Shown: positions 22,163-32,180 of the stretch, piece by piece
Position numbering within the stretch: position 1 is the stretch's first letter
How the letters are laid out: the number at the start of each line of letters is the position of its first letter
Virus record (IMG/VR): IMGVR_UViG_3300049218_000295
Span: 96,001-160,000 of that record
Source of the DNA: a virus
Reading direction: 5' to 3' (one strand)
DNA: 64,000 nt
Translations under genes and position numbers: made by a program
The notes under the pieces: generated by a model
Seen by the model: only the letters and a program-made list of their open reading frames with translations
What the model was told of the DNA's origin: nothing
The model's database searches: none

Positions 22163-22592
22163 GGAGACAATATGCAAATCTCGATAATGCTCGATCTACT
22201 TGACTCTTGTGACCAAGAAAACGAACTCAAGGTTGCACATAAACTCGTCAGCGCGGAGTGCGAATTGGTGGCGAAACGAGACCCCGCAGCAATGAAGCCG
22301 CTCGAATACATCGCGTGCAGTTGGGCTTTCCGATATCTTTGCCATTCGGCTCTAAATTCTGGTATCAATCATTAGGAACAATATGAAAAAGTGGACCGCC
22401 CCGATAACTATCCAAGAACTAACAGACGAAGAGAAGCTGGAAGTCATCGACCAGTTGCTGAAGCACTCCGGGTTCTTTCTTGTGTCCGAAGAGGACCGAT
22501 CTTTACCCCGCGCCCGCAAAATCCTTTTGCTGCCGGAACCGCCCTTCTCCGGGGTTCCGGAGCGTGGTTGAGCCGGGTCAACCGGGACACAC

Positions 22593-22621
22593 TTGTGCAC
22601 CATAGCACAGTGTGCTATAAT
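22593..22621 (+). promoter_or_regulatory. sigma70-like promoter with internal palindrome; probably leaderless
   Basis: TTGTGC-17 bp-TATAAT; TAGCACA-G-TGTGCTA palindrome; ATG 6 nt after the -10. Confidence 0.6.
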
Positions 22622-22627
22622 AGAAGT

Positions 22628-22894
22628 ATGAGTAAGCCAACAATAAGTTACCCACTCTATCTCTTCAAGAAGTCGGGCTCCGTGGTCGAACTGGTCGCGG
22701 ATTGGGCACCGAGGTTCGCAGGTAAGCCCGGTGCGGTTGTCAAGCGTTATGACACCGGCAAAGAAATGTTCGTCCTAAAGGAGGCGCTCGTGCCTCTCGT
22801 CCAGCTTTCGGCCTGCCATGGCGAGCTGGTCTGGGTCACCGACGACGCCGACCAAACCGAAATCACCGTTCCAAGTAGGAAGGTGTCCAAATGA
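22628..22894 (+). CDS. Hypothetical protein
   Basis: ATG directly after the promoter; ATGA overlap with the VWA gene. Confidence 0.55.
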   Translation: MSKPTISYPLYLFKKSGSVVELVADWAPRFAGKPGAVVKRYDTGKEMFVLKEALVPLVQLSACHGELVWVTDDADQTEITVPSRKVSK

Positions 22895-24291
22895 GCAAAT
22901 CTAAAGCCCCAAAGCCCCAGCCAACTATTGAACCCGCTATCGTTAAGGATGCTTATGACCAGATTTTGTATGACGGCGTCCGGGAGAACGCGGGCAACCT
23001 GCAGGACCTAGTCAAGAATGACCCCGACCGCGACATTTTGACATCCGACATTTTCAGCGCTTTATATAAGAGCAAACCCACGCTGCGCTCGGAGTCCCGT
23101 GGACTTTCGCGCAAACTCATGGAGACGATGATGGGCCTGCCGGAGTACCAGACACTCCGCGCACATACCAAGTTCGATGATATTACGTCCGCACTCGGAA
23201 CCATTAAGCTCGCCCCTCGGGTGCTAGAGTCCTATGAAGAAGCCCGCAAGAAAATGGAGCAAAAGCAGCAGGAACAAAAGGGACAAAACCCAGGCCCAGA
23301 TGGTAATGACCCTGAAAACCAAATTGATGACGACATCATGGACGGTCTGCGCCAGGGTATCCGTTCCGGCCTGAAAGCTGCACAGGAAAGTTCCGAAGAG
23401 TGGGGCGACGTCGCTAAAGGCTGGGGAGTCGGCAGAGACGAACTCGGCTCAGTTCCTACCGAAGCCAAGTTCGTGCTAGCAGAGAAACTCCTTAAATCGT
23501 CCAAGCTCCGGAAAATCGCCGATATGGCTGGGCGTCTGATCCAAGTAGCCAACGCTGCGGCAGCACAGACTCCGGTGCGCGGCATGGACGAAGTCACGGA
23601 TGTTATCACCGGTAGCGACCTGTCCGACATTTTGCCTTCCGAATGGCTTAAACTTAAAATGACTCCAGCGCTCTTTATGAAGGACCTCATGGAGGACAAC
23701 CTCATGATGTACAATTTGCGCGGCGTGGAAAATCAAGGCTACGGTCCAATCATCATGTGCCTGGACATTTCACCATCGATGCAAGGCGAACGCGAAGTAT
23801 TCGCTAAAGCCTTGGCCATAGCCCTCATGTTTATGGCGGAAAAGCAAAAGCGAGCATTCGGATTGGTGACTTTTGGTACTCAAGTGCACGAGACGATGTA
23901 CGTGCCAGCAGGCCAGAAGTCTTCTATCGAGAACAAGATGCAGATTGCGGAGATTGTCTGCAATGGTGGTGGCACTGATTTCTATGTCCCGCTTAAAGCA
24001 GCCTTTGTAATCCGCCAGCAAGAGAAAGCCCAACTCAATCCTGCTGATATTGTGTTCCTGACTGATGGCGAATGCGAGATGGACGAGGAACAGCACGAAG
24101 AGATCGCCGAACTCAAAAAGGAAACCTCGGTTCGCATCCAAGGGATTGCGATTTGCGATGGCAGTAGTGACGAAGTCTGTGAAGGCTCCACGCTTGAGCG
24201 GTTCTCGGATAACCTCGCCACCGTGGACAAGCTTGGTGAAGTTCACATGGTAAAGGGCATCCTGGCAAATGCGGCAGCAGGAAAGCGATAA
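22891..24291 (+). CDS. VWA-domain protein (ViaA-like partner of MoxR)
   Basis: MIDAS DISPSM, GGGTDF, DIVFLTDGE; GSDLSDILPSE. Confidence 0.9.
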   Translation: MSKSKAPKPQPTIEPAIVKDAYDQILYDGVRENAGNLQDLVKNDPDRDILTSDIFSALYKSKPTLRSESRGLSRKLMETMMGLPEYQTLRAHTKFDDITSALGTIKLAPRVLESYEEARKKMEQKQQEQKGQNPGPDGNDPENQIDDDIMDGLRQGIRSGLKAAQESSEEWGDVAKGWGVGRDELGSVPTEAKFVLAEKLLKSSKLRKIADMAGRLIQVANAAAAQTPVRGMDEVTDVITGSDLSDILPSEWLKLKMTPALFMKDLMEDNLMMYNLRGVENQGYGPIIMCLDISPSMQGEREVFAKALAIALMFMAEKQKRAFGLVTFGTQVHETMYVPAGQKSSIENKMQIAEIVCNGGGTDFYVPLKAAFVIRQQEKAQLNPADIVFLTDGECEMDEEQHEEIAELKKETSVRIQGIAICDGSSDEVCEGSTLERFSDNLATVDKLGEVHMVKGILANAAAGKR

Positions 24292-24520
24292 TGTTCGATT
24301 TCATCAAAAAGAACTCGTTTTGAGGAGAGGTTATGCCCAAAACCAAAGAACCCGAAATCCCAATCCACAAACTATCGCCTCAACCCTTTCAAGACCAGGC
24401 CCTTGCTGACTGGAAACCAGGCAATGTCTGTGGTCAGAAGGGTCATGGTTCTTCGAGTTGGGACCATGTGAATTGCAAGGAGTGCAAAAGGCTCCGGCGT
24501 CGGGACCCCGCAGCGAAGAC

Positions 24521-24550
24521 TTGACAAATTGTACCATATTGTGCTACATT
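24521..24550 (+). promoter_or_regulatory. sigma70-type promoter
   Basis: TTGACA-18 bp-TACATT; shares GTGCTA with the 20164 promoter. Confidence 0.65.
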
Positions 24551-24581
24551 CGGCATTCAACAGTCTTTAGGAGGACTACAC

Positions 24582-24965
24582 ATGTCGAATGAAAAACCGA
24601 CCGCCGTAGAGCGGAAGCAGCAGTCACGTGATTACGTAAACGCAATCGAAACGCTCCGCAAAGCCGAGAAGCTCACCATCGAAGCCGCTGCCAAAAAGGC
24701 AGGTAAAACGGTTACGGGCTATTACTACCATAAACGTGTAGCCGCTGGACAAAAGACCAAAACAGGCAAAACCATTAAAGTGAAAGCGACTCGCAAATAT
24801 CGCAGGACCAATACGTTGCCAGTCACTACCGGATTCACCGAACTCCCAGCAAATCTGCGCACGTCGACTACTGGAAATGGTAAAATGCTGCTTGCGGTCG
24901 CAGTGGGTGATGGTGCCGAAATCACCAAAGCACTTGAGACCACGCTTAATCGTTTCTTCAACTAA
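24582..24965 (+). CDS. Basic protein, possibly DNA-binding
   Basis: AGGAGG SD; K/T-rich with an HTH-like segment (TIEAAAKKAGKTVTGYYY). Confidence 0.6.
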   Translation: MSNEKPTAVERKQQSRDYVNAIETLRKAEKLTIEAAAKKAGKTVTGYYYHKRVAAGQKTKTGKTIKVKATRKYRRTNTLPVTTGFTELPANLRTSTTGNGKMLLAVAVGDGAEITKALETTLNRFFN

Positions 24966-24975
24966 GGGGCACTAA

Positions 24976-25467
24976 ATGCAAAACGAACTGTTGAACTTTA
25001 AGGGCAAGGCTCGCAATGAGCGCGAGCAAGCTTATTACGATTCACTCCAAACTACCTACGCACAACCTCGCCGTGCCGATAACAGCTTGGTAGGCTATCA
25101 TGGTGAGTTCGACTTCCGACTTGGTATTGACGGCATCCGCGAGTTCTTTAAGAAGAAACGCATTTACATCGACAACGGCAAAAGGAAATTGGAGTTGGAT
25201 AACTTGGAACCAGGCGAATTTATTGCTCTGGTCAATCGCGACCAAACAGGTGTTAAGCTAGTTGGACGATCCAACATCGTCGTTTATCAGAAAACACCCA
25301 AGGGACAGAAATTGCACCCCGGAGCGATTGTGTTGATTCCGCGTTACTTCAATGGCAAGGAAATTGACCTGACTCGGGCACAGGAACAGGCAATCCGCGA
25401 GGACTTTGCCAAGTATCTATCGCGCCAATCGAAAAAAGTCAAGGAAATCGACCCAGAACTTCATTAA
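24976..25467 (+). CDS. Hypothetical protein
   Basis: 163-aa ORF co-oriented with the upstream gene. Confidence 0.6.
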   Translation: MQNELLNFKGKARNEREQAYYDSLQTTYAQPRRADNSLVGYHGEFDFRLGIDGIREFFKKKRIYIDNGKRKLELDNLEPGEFIALVNRDQTGVKLVGRSNIVVYQKTPKGQKLHPGAIVLIPRYFNGKEIDLTRAQEQAIREDFAKYLSRQSKKVKEIDPELH

Positions 25468-25497
25468 TACACGCGGCAGCATCAGCTAAAAAACTGA

Positions 25498-26043
25498 ATG
25501 CTGCCTTATGTACTATCGAAGACTGGATGCCGGATTTATACACCCAAGAAGTACACGGACCATCGAGGATGGTTCATGGAAGTCTTGAAGGAAAGCACAA
25601 TTGATCTGCGATTTCAGCAGGTCAATCTTTCCTATTCAGACCCTGGTGTCGTGAGAGGTTTGCATTTCCAGACCAAGAACCCACAAGGCAAACTGATTGG
25701 GGTAATTGCTGGGCATGTAATCGACGTGGTAGTCGATTTACGAATCGGTTCTCCCACATACGGTATTCTGGAGTCTTTTGAACTGCGGGAAATGAACCAA
25801 ATGGTTTTCGTTCCTGAAGGGTTCGCGCATGGATTTTGGGCCGTAGACAAGAGCTATTTCTATTATCAATGCACCACGGAATACAACGCCGGGAGCGATG
25901 GTGGCATCAACCCGATGGATAACGATTTAGATTTGCCTTGGTCGGCCCATATAGGTAAGGGAGATCTTCTCGTTACTCCTAAAGACATTGCTCTCCCTTA
26001 CCTAAAGGATTTTGTTTCGCCGTTTATATACAACGGGTCATAG
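25498..26043 (+). CDS. rmlC: dTDP-4-dehydrorhamnose 3,5-epimerase
   Basis: DHRGWFME, VRGLHFQ, QGKLI, DVVVDLRIGSPT, VPEGFAHGF. Confidence 0.93.
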   Translation: MLPYVLSKTGCRIYTPKKYTDHRGWFMEVLKESTIDLRFQQVNLSYSDPGVVRGLHFQTKNPQGKLIGVIAGHVIDVVVDLRIGSPTYGILESFELREMNQMVFVPEGFAHGFWAVDKSYFYYQCTTEYNAGSDGGINPMDNDLDLPWSAHIGKGDLLVTPKDIALPYLKDFVSPFIYNGS

Positions 26044-26088
26044 CATATACTATCTTGACGCGTAAGGTATACTTATTTTCCTATCCGG

Positions 26089-26367
26089 ATGCTAGGATAT
26101 TTACGGCGGATTGCATCTAAAGTCTTCGCCCGCCCACCACTTGTTCCAGAAGTCGTGGCCTGGTATGGTATCCAGGCTTCGGCGGGTAAAAATCCGATTG
26201 GTTGGGTAGACCCCAGCCCCTATATTGACCGCGAACAGCTTTACTTGGAGGGACTTATTCCGTTGGAAGGACAGCAGTTATCAGAATTGAAACAGTACCC
26301 GGAGTTGGTGGCTCTACTACAGAGCCATGGAGAAAGCCAACTTCCCGACCGTCGCATTCTTATCTGA
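26089..26367 (+). CDS. Small protein resembling a degenerate tail-collar domain
   Basis: GLIPLEGQQLS...YPELVALL...LPDRR aligns by eye to GWLxCDGQ...YPELFA...LPDLR. Confidence 0.5.
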   Translation: MLGYLRRIASKVFARPPLVPEVVAWYGIQASAGKNPIGWVDPSPYIDREQLYLEGLIPLEGQQLSELKQYPELVALLQSHGESQLPDRRILI

Positions 26368-26368
26368 A

Positions 26369-26902
26369 ATGCGAATCACTGTCATTCTGATAGTACTCAT
26401 GCTGTTGTCCACGCCCGCTCGCGCTGCGACCCAATGGGATGGTTTCATCAAACAAACCGAGAAAATCCTCAATCTCCCGCAACGACTCCTTGCTGCCATA
26501 ATCAAGTTTGAATCGAGCTTTAACTTCAATGCTGTTAACACCCAGAAGCCCGGAGTTGCAGTGACGAGTCACGGGCTTGGGCAACTCACCCTAGCCACCG
26601 CTCAATCTCTTTGCAACATGAGCCTGTCTGATCTCTATAACCCCATTAAAAACATTCGATGCTCGGCTAAGGTACTCCGTTACCAACTCGATCGATATGA
26701 CAATCTGGACTATGCCATTGCAGCTTATAACGCTGGCACCCCTTGTGTATGCGACGGCCATTTCTACCGTTACGAGGGTTGGCACGACGGCGAGGTTTGC
26801 AAAAAACCCCAAAGCAAGCAAGCTTTTACCTGTAATGGACGCGATAAGGGTCGGTTCCTCAATCAGTCGTACGTCGATGGCGTTAAGGACCTCATGCTGT
26901 AA
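26369..26902 (+). CDS. Lytic transglycosylase (SLT family) with N-terminal signal peptide
   Basis: ESSFN catalytic motif, GLGQL, AIAAYNAG; hydrophobic leader ending ARA. Confidence 0.88.
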   Translation: MRITVILIVLMLLSTPARAATQWDGFIKQTEKILNLPQRLLAAIIKFESSFNFNAVNTQKPGVAVTSHGLGQLTLATAQSLCNMSLSDLYNPIKNIRCSAKVLRYQLDRYDNLDYAIAAYNAGTPCVCDGHFYRYEGWHDGEVCKKPQSKQAFTCNGRDKGRFLNQSYVDGVKDLML

Positions 26903-27232
26903 CGTGGTTACGCCTAAAAGAGGTTGTGCAAGAAAAGCCAACTAAAGACCTAGAGTCTACAATTCGCTGGAAAAAAGCACGCTGCGGTGAAGTCTACAAT
27001 GTACTCAAAACAATCCTAAGTGCAACTATCAAAAATCAGACCTCTGAGTTTACTGAAGTAATTGAGGGCCTCGACCACTCCTATAAGTGCTTCGAGGCCC
27101 TCCTCATTTCTGAGGAGGTCCTGAACTTCGAAGAGGAGTGGCATAAAGGTGAATCTAAGATACCATTGCATGAGTTCCTAGGCTGGAACCGTGAACAGTA
27201 TGCCAGGTACGTAGAAAGCGGAAAGACGCCCT

Positions 27233-27541
27233 ATGAACCTTGATTTGAAACAAGCGGTGTTGGCCGAAGTTTTGGAAGAACGAATCCGCCAAGATGAAAA
27301 ATGGGGAGAGCAAAACCCTCCCGATGGCACTGGCGGTCCAGGTCGTGCCGACGACGCTGATCAGGCCCGTCGCTTTTGCGACGAATCATTTAAGAATGGT
27401 ACTGGTACTTGGGCCGCAATCCTAGGGGAGGAAGTTGCTGAAGCTCTAGCAGAATCCGACCCCAACAAACTTCGCGCTGAACTAATACAATGCGCAGCAG
27501 TCTGCACTTCTTGGGTGGAAGCCATAGACCGCAGGTCATAA
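27233..27541 (+). CDS. MazG-like NTP pyrophosphatase
   Basis: ERIRQDEKWG, EEVAEA, ELIQCAAV. Confidence 0.7.
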   Translation: MNLDLKQAVLAEVLEERIRQDEKWGEQNPPDGTGGPGRADDADQARRFCDESFKNGTGTWAAILGEEVAEALAESDPNKLRAELIQCAAVCTSWVEAIDRRS

Positions 27542-27553
27542 AAACTACGCATC

Positions 27554-28372
27554 ATGGAATTCGAACATTTTGCAAGCATTGCCATTCTAGAGTCCCATTG
27601 TGTAATTTCCGAAAAGATTCATGGGACCAACGCACAAATTGCCATTCCGGATGACCTCAGTACCATCTTCGCGGGCTCCCGCGAGCGCTGGGTTACGCCT
27701 GAGGATGATAACGCGGGTTTTGCTCGCAAGGTTTACGCAGAGAAGGAAGCCCTCTTTAAAGCTCTCGGCCCTGGTCGCCACTTTGGTGAATGGTACGGCT
27801 CTGGGATTGGGTCGGGTTATGGGTTGAAGGAAAAGCGGTTTGCGCTCTTCAACACGCATCGCTGGACTCAGCCCAAGAAAGATGGCCTGTTGCCAGCATG
27901 GGTCGACGTAGTTCCGATTTTGTATGAGGGCAATTTCACCCCAACAATTGTTGATGAGACAATGGCCAAGCTCAAGGAGAGCGGTTCTGCCGCTGTTCCC
28001 GGCTTCAAAAAACCGGAAGGTATTGTGGTCTACTTCTCACGCTCCAACACCATGTATAAGAAGGTATTCGAAAGCGAAGACACGCGTTGGGACCAAAAGG
28101 ATAAGAAAGAAAAGGCCCCACCTGACCCTGTATTTGAAGCCAAAGTGGATTCTTATCTGCACCCTATCCGTCTAGAGAAACTACTAATGCGGGATGAGCG
28201 CTATTTGCGCGAGTATCCCAAGTCGATGCCTGAGATTTGTAAGGCCTATATCGATGACCTCGTGAAAGAGGCCAATCCACCCATTGAGAACTTAGTTTTG
28301 GACGCTGTCAAGAAAAAAGCCTTTAAGATGGTTAAGACCATCGCAGATTCTTGGAAAAATGGTAGCCCTTGA
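27554..28372 (+). CDS. ATP-dependent RNA ligase (Rnl2-like)
   Basis: Motif I EKIHGTN, FGEWYG, FALFN, VVPILYEG, PEGIVV. Confidence 0.85.
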   Translation: MEFEHFASIAILESHCVISEKIHGTNAQIAIPDDLSTIFAGSRERWVTPEDDNAGFARKVYAEKEALFKALGPGRHFGEWYGSGIGSGYGLKEKRFALFNTHRWTQPKKDGLLPAWVDVVPILYEGNFTPTIVDETMAKLKESGSAAVPGFKKPEGIVVYFSRSNTMYKKVFESEDTRWDQKDKKEKAPPDPVFEAKVDSYLHPIRLEKLLMRDERYLREYPKSMPEICKAYIDDLVKEANPPIENLVLDAVKKKAFKMVKTIADSWKNGSP

Positions 28373-28796
28373 GGCAACAGCAAGACAGAAGCAGTGGCTG
28401 AGTGAGAACAGAGTTGTTGCCCTTTACACGCTGGACCCACTAGCTTTTCTGAGGCTGACCTGTAATTCATACTTTACCCTTGGTTTCACCGAGGTCGATT
28501 GGTTTCTTTGGTCTACTCGGCCTTTGAGCTTCTATCAGTCAACCAAGGTTCAGGACTCTATGGTTGAACATCCTTTCCTAGAGTTGGACAGAGAGGGTAG
28601 AGTGGTTAGACATGAGGGACGTCATCGAGCGGCAGCCATTAAGAAGGCCGGTGGAGATACTTATGAGATTGCTATTCTTTCTGAGTACGGGGTTCCAGAC
28701 CGGATTGTGGCCCAGTCCGATACGAGCATAGTTCACGAAGTAAACCATGAGGCCCTTAGGTATGAATTTGACGGTGGAGCCAGGAGCGAGAATTGA
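28359..28796 (+). CDS. ParB/Srx-like small protein
   Basis: HEGRHRAAA motif; 3' end overlaps the antisense tRNA-Thr. Confidence 0.55.
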   Translation: MVALEATARQKQWLSENRVVALYTLDPLAFLRLTCNSYFTLGFTEVDWFLWSTRPLSFYQSTKVQDSMVEHPFLELDREGRVVRHEGRHRAAAIKKAGGDTYEIAILSEYGVPDRIVAQSDTSIVHEVNHEALRYEFDGGARSEN

Positions 28797-28848
28797 ACTC
28801 GCGTTTAGAGCTTACCATGCTCTCGTTCTGCCACTGAACTATCCCGGC
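28775..28848 (-). tRNA. tRNA-Thr(GGT)
   Basis: Cloverleaf; AGAGC-ATGGTAA-GCTCT; CCA encoded. Confidence 0.9.
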
Positions 28849-28861
28849 ATAAAAGGAAACT

Positions 28862-29356
28862 ATGAACTTGCAAGACACGATTAAAACTTATAATTGGGTT
28901 ACTGCTGATGGGGGCCGTCTTAAACTAAGTGAGATGACAACCCTGCATTTGGGTAACGTCCTCAAAATGATTTGGAACCACGTTTGTCACCGCTATAATG
29001 GCACAAAAGTAGATTTCAGCAACACCTATGGCCGGTTTACCCAGATGGCGGAAGAAGAGCCTGACAAGATGCTGGACCTCTGCATTATACTCCGTCATGC
29101 TATTGATAAGCGTCCCGATGTTTACACTCTCGACCCGTGGTACCCACAAATTGCCGCGCAACTTGCTAGTGGTCGACCAAGAGTCCGCCATGGTCAACTA
29201 CTCAATGGTGCGCACACGCGGTTCAAGCCCGTGTGTGAATTCTACCGAAGTACTCGACGTGCTTTTCACGCGCATCTGGACGCAACCATAGGTGGTACCA
29301 ACGGTCTCGACCTTGACAGCGAAGAATATGAAGATGAGTTCGACGGCCCTTATTGA
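28862..29356 (+). CDS. Hypothetical protein
   Basis: AAGGA SD; WVTADG...MTTLHLGN motif. Confidence 0.6.
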   Translation: MNLQDTIKTYNWVTADGGRLKLSEMTTLHLGNVLKMIWNHVCHRYNGTKVDFSNTYGRFTQMAEEEPDKMLDLCIILRHAIDKRPDVYTLDPWYPQIAAQLASGRPRVRHGQLLNGAHTRFKPVCEFYRSTRRAFHAHLDATIGGTNGLDLDSEEYEDEFDGPY

Positions 29357-31032
29357 AGCTGCATGATGAACAAAGTCTGGACACTGCTTGGGGTGACTTC
29401 TTGTCCGTGGACAAAAATGGTGTCCCCATACGAAGTCATTTGACTCGTTGCATAGTAAACCGTATCGCCACTGATGTAGCCCGGTGGCAAGATCGGGTAA
29501 ATGGTGCCGCTAGTACCGAAGCTGGTAACGACCTGAACAACATGACTAGCATTATTTAGCACTTGCACTTTGGTCATGTAATATTTCAAATCCGAGAAAT
29601 CAAAGTTCGAATATACTACAATAAAAGTGTCCAACGAAAGCGGAACAAACTTGGGGAAAACATTTGATGGAAGTACTGTTGATTCGTAATTAACCGACAA
29701 CGTCGGGTCATAAACATAAAAATTGCCAGTATTGCTGACAAGGGTCATGTAGCCAGTGCTGGTAACATAGTAATCAGTTACCATCAGTCCACTTGCTCCC
29801 ACTTCGAGCGAGTAAATTTGACCACCGATAGTCGGGCTATTCAGCACATACTGTAGGTTGGCACCGGTATTGTTTTGCACTACCGCCGCCGAACCGTACC
29901 AACCCTGAGAACCAACATAAAAACGCGGTGACCAATAGATTGAGAACGGGCTACTAACTTGGCCCGCTTGCATTGAGAAAGGAGCTTGCAAAGTGTTGGC
30001 CGAACCATCAGCATTCAGTGTTGCAAACACCAAGTCAATCGAGGTGTCGGCGTTCTGTCTGTAGCCACCTTGGTAAACGATGCCATTGTATTCAGCGATG
30101 ACATTGGCGACCCAAACTGCCCCATAAGACTGGAAGGCCAATCCATTCGTGCCGAACCCTGATAGCGGGTTGCCGTTCAGATCACAGGCGTAGACAAAGG
30201 AATTTGCAGCCTGCCAGTCCCCGAAGCTGTCAATCGAAATTGCATAATTTCCAAGGACATAAACGTTGCCGTCCGAACCCACCGTAAATGACTGGATATT
30301 AACCCAGTTGTTAACAAAGTCAAGTCCCGCAGGGTTCGGAGAGAATGAATTCAGCAAATTTCCAGAGCTATCATAAACCTGGAAGTTGATAGCTTGAACG
30401 CCTGGTGGTGCATTAGGTGGAGCACCATTAACACCGCTGCCGTTGGTGTTTTCCATAGCAATAATTCCGCCGGAGGGCGCGGGAAGAGCCAGGTTGATGA
30501 CACCCGAGCCGCTGGCTGTATAGTTAATACGGCCACCGGTCCCCCAAGCAGTATTGGGGGTCCCTGCAAAAGGAGAATATGCGGGAACAGGATGGGAGAG
30601 TTGGGTGCCGTTGTTGCCGGTGTAGATAATTGGAACCAAATATTGAGTGCCCTGAATAGTGGCATTCAGAATGTATAGGTTCAGGTTTGGAATGTTTGAA
30701 AATTGAAGAAGTACCCAGGACTGAACCTGAGTCTTAAAGTTGTCGAAGCTCGAGAGGTCCCAGCCGAGGCCGGTCCATGCCGAGGCCGCGAAATCGCTCG
30801 CTGCCTGCAAAGGCTGAGTTGTGTCCTGCATAAGAACACTGGACATAAGCTGTCCTTGACTAATAGCCGTGTTCGGGCCGCCACCGTTATTATTCAATCC
30901 AATCGGATCGAGAATGCAATAATCATTACCAGACTGTGGCCCCGTTTCTAGCCCGACGACAACGAACACGTCGCCAGAAATCGACCAGTTATTAGGCTCA
31001 AGGTCACGGTAGAAAATATTTGTCACAGACAT
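29350..31032 (-). CDS. Probable virion-associated beta-rich protein
   Basis: About 560 aa, N/G/S-rich, with FGTNG/FGTSG repeats; GAGG SD before the ATG at 31032. Confidence 0.55.
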   Translation of the reverse strand: MSVTNIFYRDLEPNNWSISGDVFVVVGLETGPQSGNDYCILDPIGLNNNGGGPNTAISQGQLMSSVLMQDTTQPLQAASDFAASAWTGLGWDLSSFDNFKTQVQSWVLLQFSNIPNLNLYILNATIQGTQYLVPIIYTGNNGTQLSHPVPAYSPFAGTPNTAWGTGGRINYTASGSGVINLALPAPSGGIIAMENTNGSGVNGAPPNAPPGVQAINFQVYDSSGNLLNSFSPNPAGLDFVNNWVNIQSFTVGSDGNVYVLGNYAISIDSFGDWQAANSFVYACDLNGNPLSGFGTNGLAFQSYGAVWVANVIAEYNGIVYQGGYRQNADTSIDLVFATLNADGSANTLQAPFSMQAGQVSSPFSIYWSPRFYVGSQGWYGSAAVVQNNTGANLQYVLNSPTIGGQIYSLEVGASGLMVTDYYVTSTGYMTLVSNTGNFYVYDPTLSVNYESTVLPSNVFPKFVPLSLDTFIVVYSNFDFSDLKYYMTKVQVLNNASHVVQVVTSFGTSGTIYPILPPGYISGDTVYYATSQMTSYGDTIFVHGQEVTPSSVQTLFIMQLQ

Positions 31033-31103
31033 TTGAACACCTCGCAAAAGAAAGATAACATGATGTGACGCGTAATGGCATCACATTGTAGTACCTAAAG
31101 TCA

Positions 31104-31580
31104 TCACAGCAAAATAAACGCCATCTGCCGAGTGTAACGATTTGCAAACTCGTTGTGCCAACGGCACTTGAATTCTGATATTGTGAGTTTGAGGTACCGG
31201 GCTACAAAAGGGTCCATAAAGTAGACATGAGTGTCTGTGACCTTCATCGGGTTAATGTAGTGCCCAGAATCAAAGGAATTGCAGTTCAAATAAGGAAACT
31301 CTTCTTCGCCCCAAAGCTGCACTGCTGCGATCACCTGGCACCCATTTTCGAGACATTCTTGCATCTCTTCGAGTTCCAAAGGGCTCCGATAAAGATAAGG
31401 AATTTTGTAGTGGTTGCACGCTGCAACAATCCCCGAGGACGAGGTACCAATTCCGGGACGAGTCCCCATAAGTACCATGAGTTCCTTCTGATCCGCCACA
31501 ATACCCCGGTCCGCAACTGCTGCCTGAAATGCAGCGGCGGCACATGCGTAATCCGTGATTTGTTGGATGGGAGGTATCAT
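31104..31580 (-). CDS. Stand-alone C39-family cysteine peptidase
   Basis: QQITDYAC, GTS, GHY, MDP catalytic pattern. Confidence 0.8.
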   Translation of the reverse strand: MIPPIQQITDYACAAAAFQAAVADRGIVADQKELMVLMGTRPGIGTSSSGIVAACNHYKIPYLYRSPLELEEMQECLENGCQVIAAVQLWGEEEFPYLNCNSFDSGHYINPMKVTDTHVYFMDPFVARYLKLTISEFKCRWHNEFANRYTRQMAFILL

Positions 31581-31593
31581 AATGGAAAGATAA

Positions 31594-31617
31594 GGGTCCC
31601 GAAATTACTCGGGACCC
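31594..31617 (-). terminator. Hairpin downstream of the HNH gene
   Basis: GGGTCCCGA-aattac-TCGGGACCC; followed by TTATCTTT on the minus strand. Confidence 0.55.
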
Positions 31618-31625
31618 CAAGCTAC

Positions 31626-32165
31626 CTACCCAAATTCCAGTTCAGCATCCCAGTAGAGATAGTTTCTCCAGGATTCCGGGGTGTTGTTCTTGATTCGGAT
31701 AATCATATTCGGTGACCACTTCGGCTTGATAGGCTCCTTGATGAGCCTCATTCCAGCCTCAGCGGGAGTACGGCCACCCTTTTTGCGATTGCACGGTACG
31801 CAAGCCGTCACGATGTTTTCCCATGACTTCTTGCTGGCCGGAGTGTTGGTACACTTCGGAATGACGTGGTCGAAAGTGAGTTCTTCGGACTTTTTCTTCT
31901 TGCCACAGTATTGACATTTCCACTTGTCGCGGAAGAAAATATTGTAGCGCGAGAATTTCACCTTATTCTTGTTACGGACCATGGATACAAGAAGTCTCAG
32001 AACGCTCGGGAGCTTGAAGCTCATCTTTTCCGAACGAATGAGCACGTCATCATACTCATGCACGATTTCCGCTTCTCCGGAAAGGAGATAGCCTACGGCC
32101 TTCGTCCAGTCAACTACACTATGCGGTTGGAACCCTTGGTCCAACACTAATACTTGCCACGACAT
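31626..32165 (-). CDS. HNH endonuclease (McrA-like)
   Basis: RDKWKCQYCG, LTFDHVIP, WENIVTACVPCNRKK; GGAGG SD. Confidence 0.92.
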   Translation of the reverse strand: MSWQVLVLDQGFQPHSVVDWTKAVGYLLSGEAEIVHEYDDVLIRSEKMSFKLPSVLRLLVSMVRNKNKVKFSRYNIFFRDKWKCQYCGKKKKSEELTFDHVIPKCTNTPASKKSWENIVTACVPCNRKKGGRTPAEAGMRLIKEPIKPKWSPNMIIRIKNNTPESWRNYLYWDAELEFG

Positions 32166-32180
32166 ACACCCTCCTTTCAA

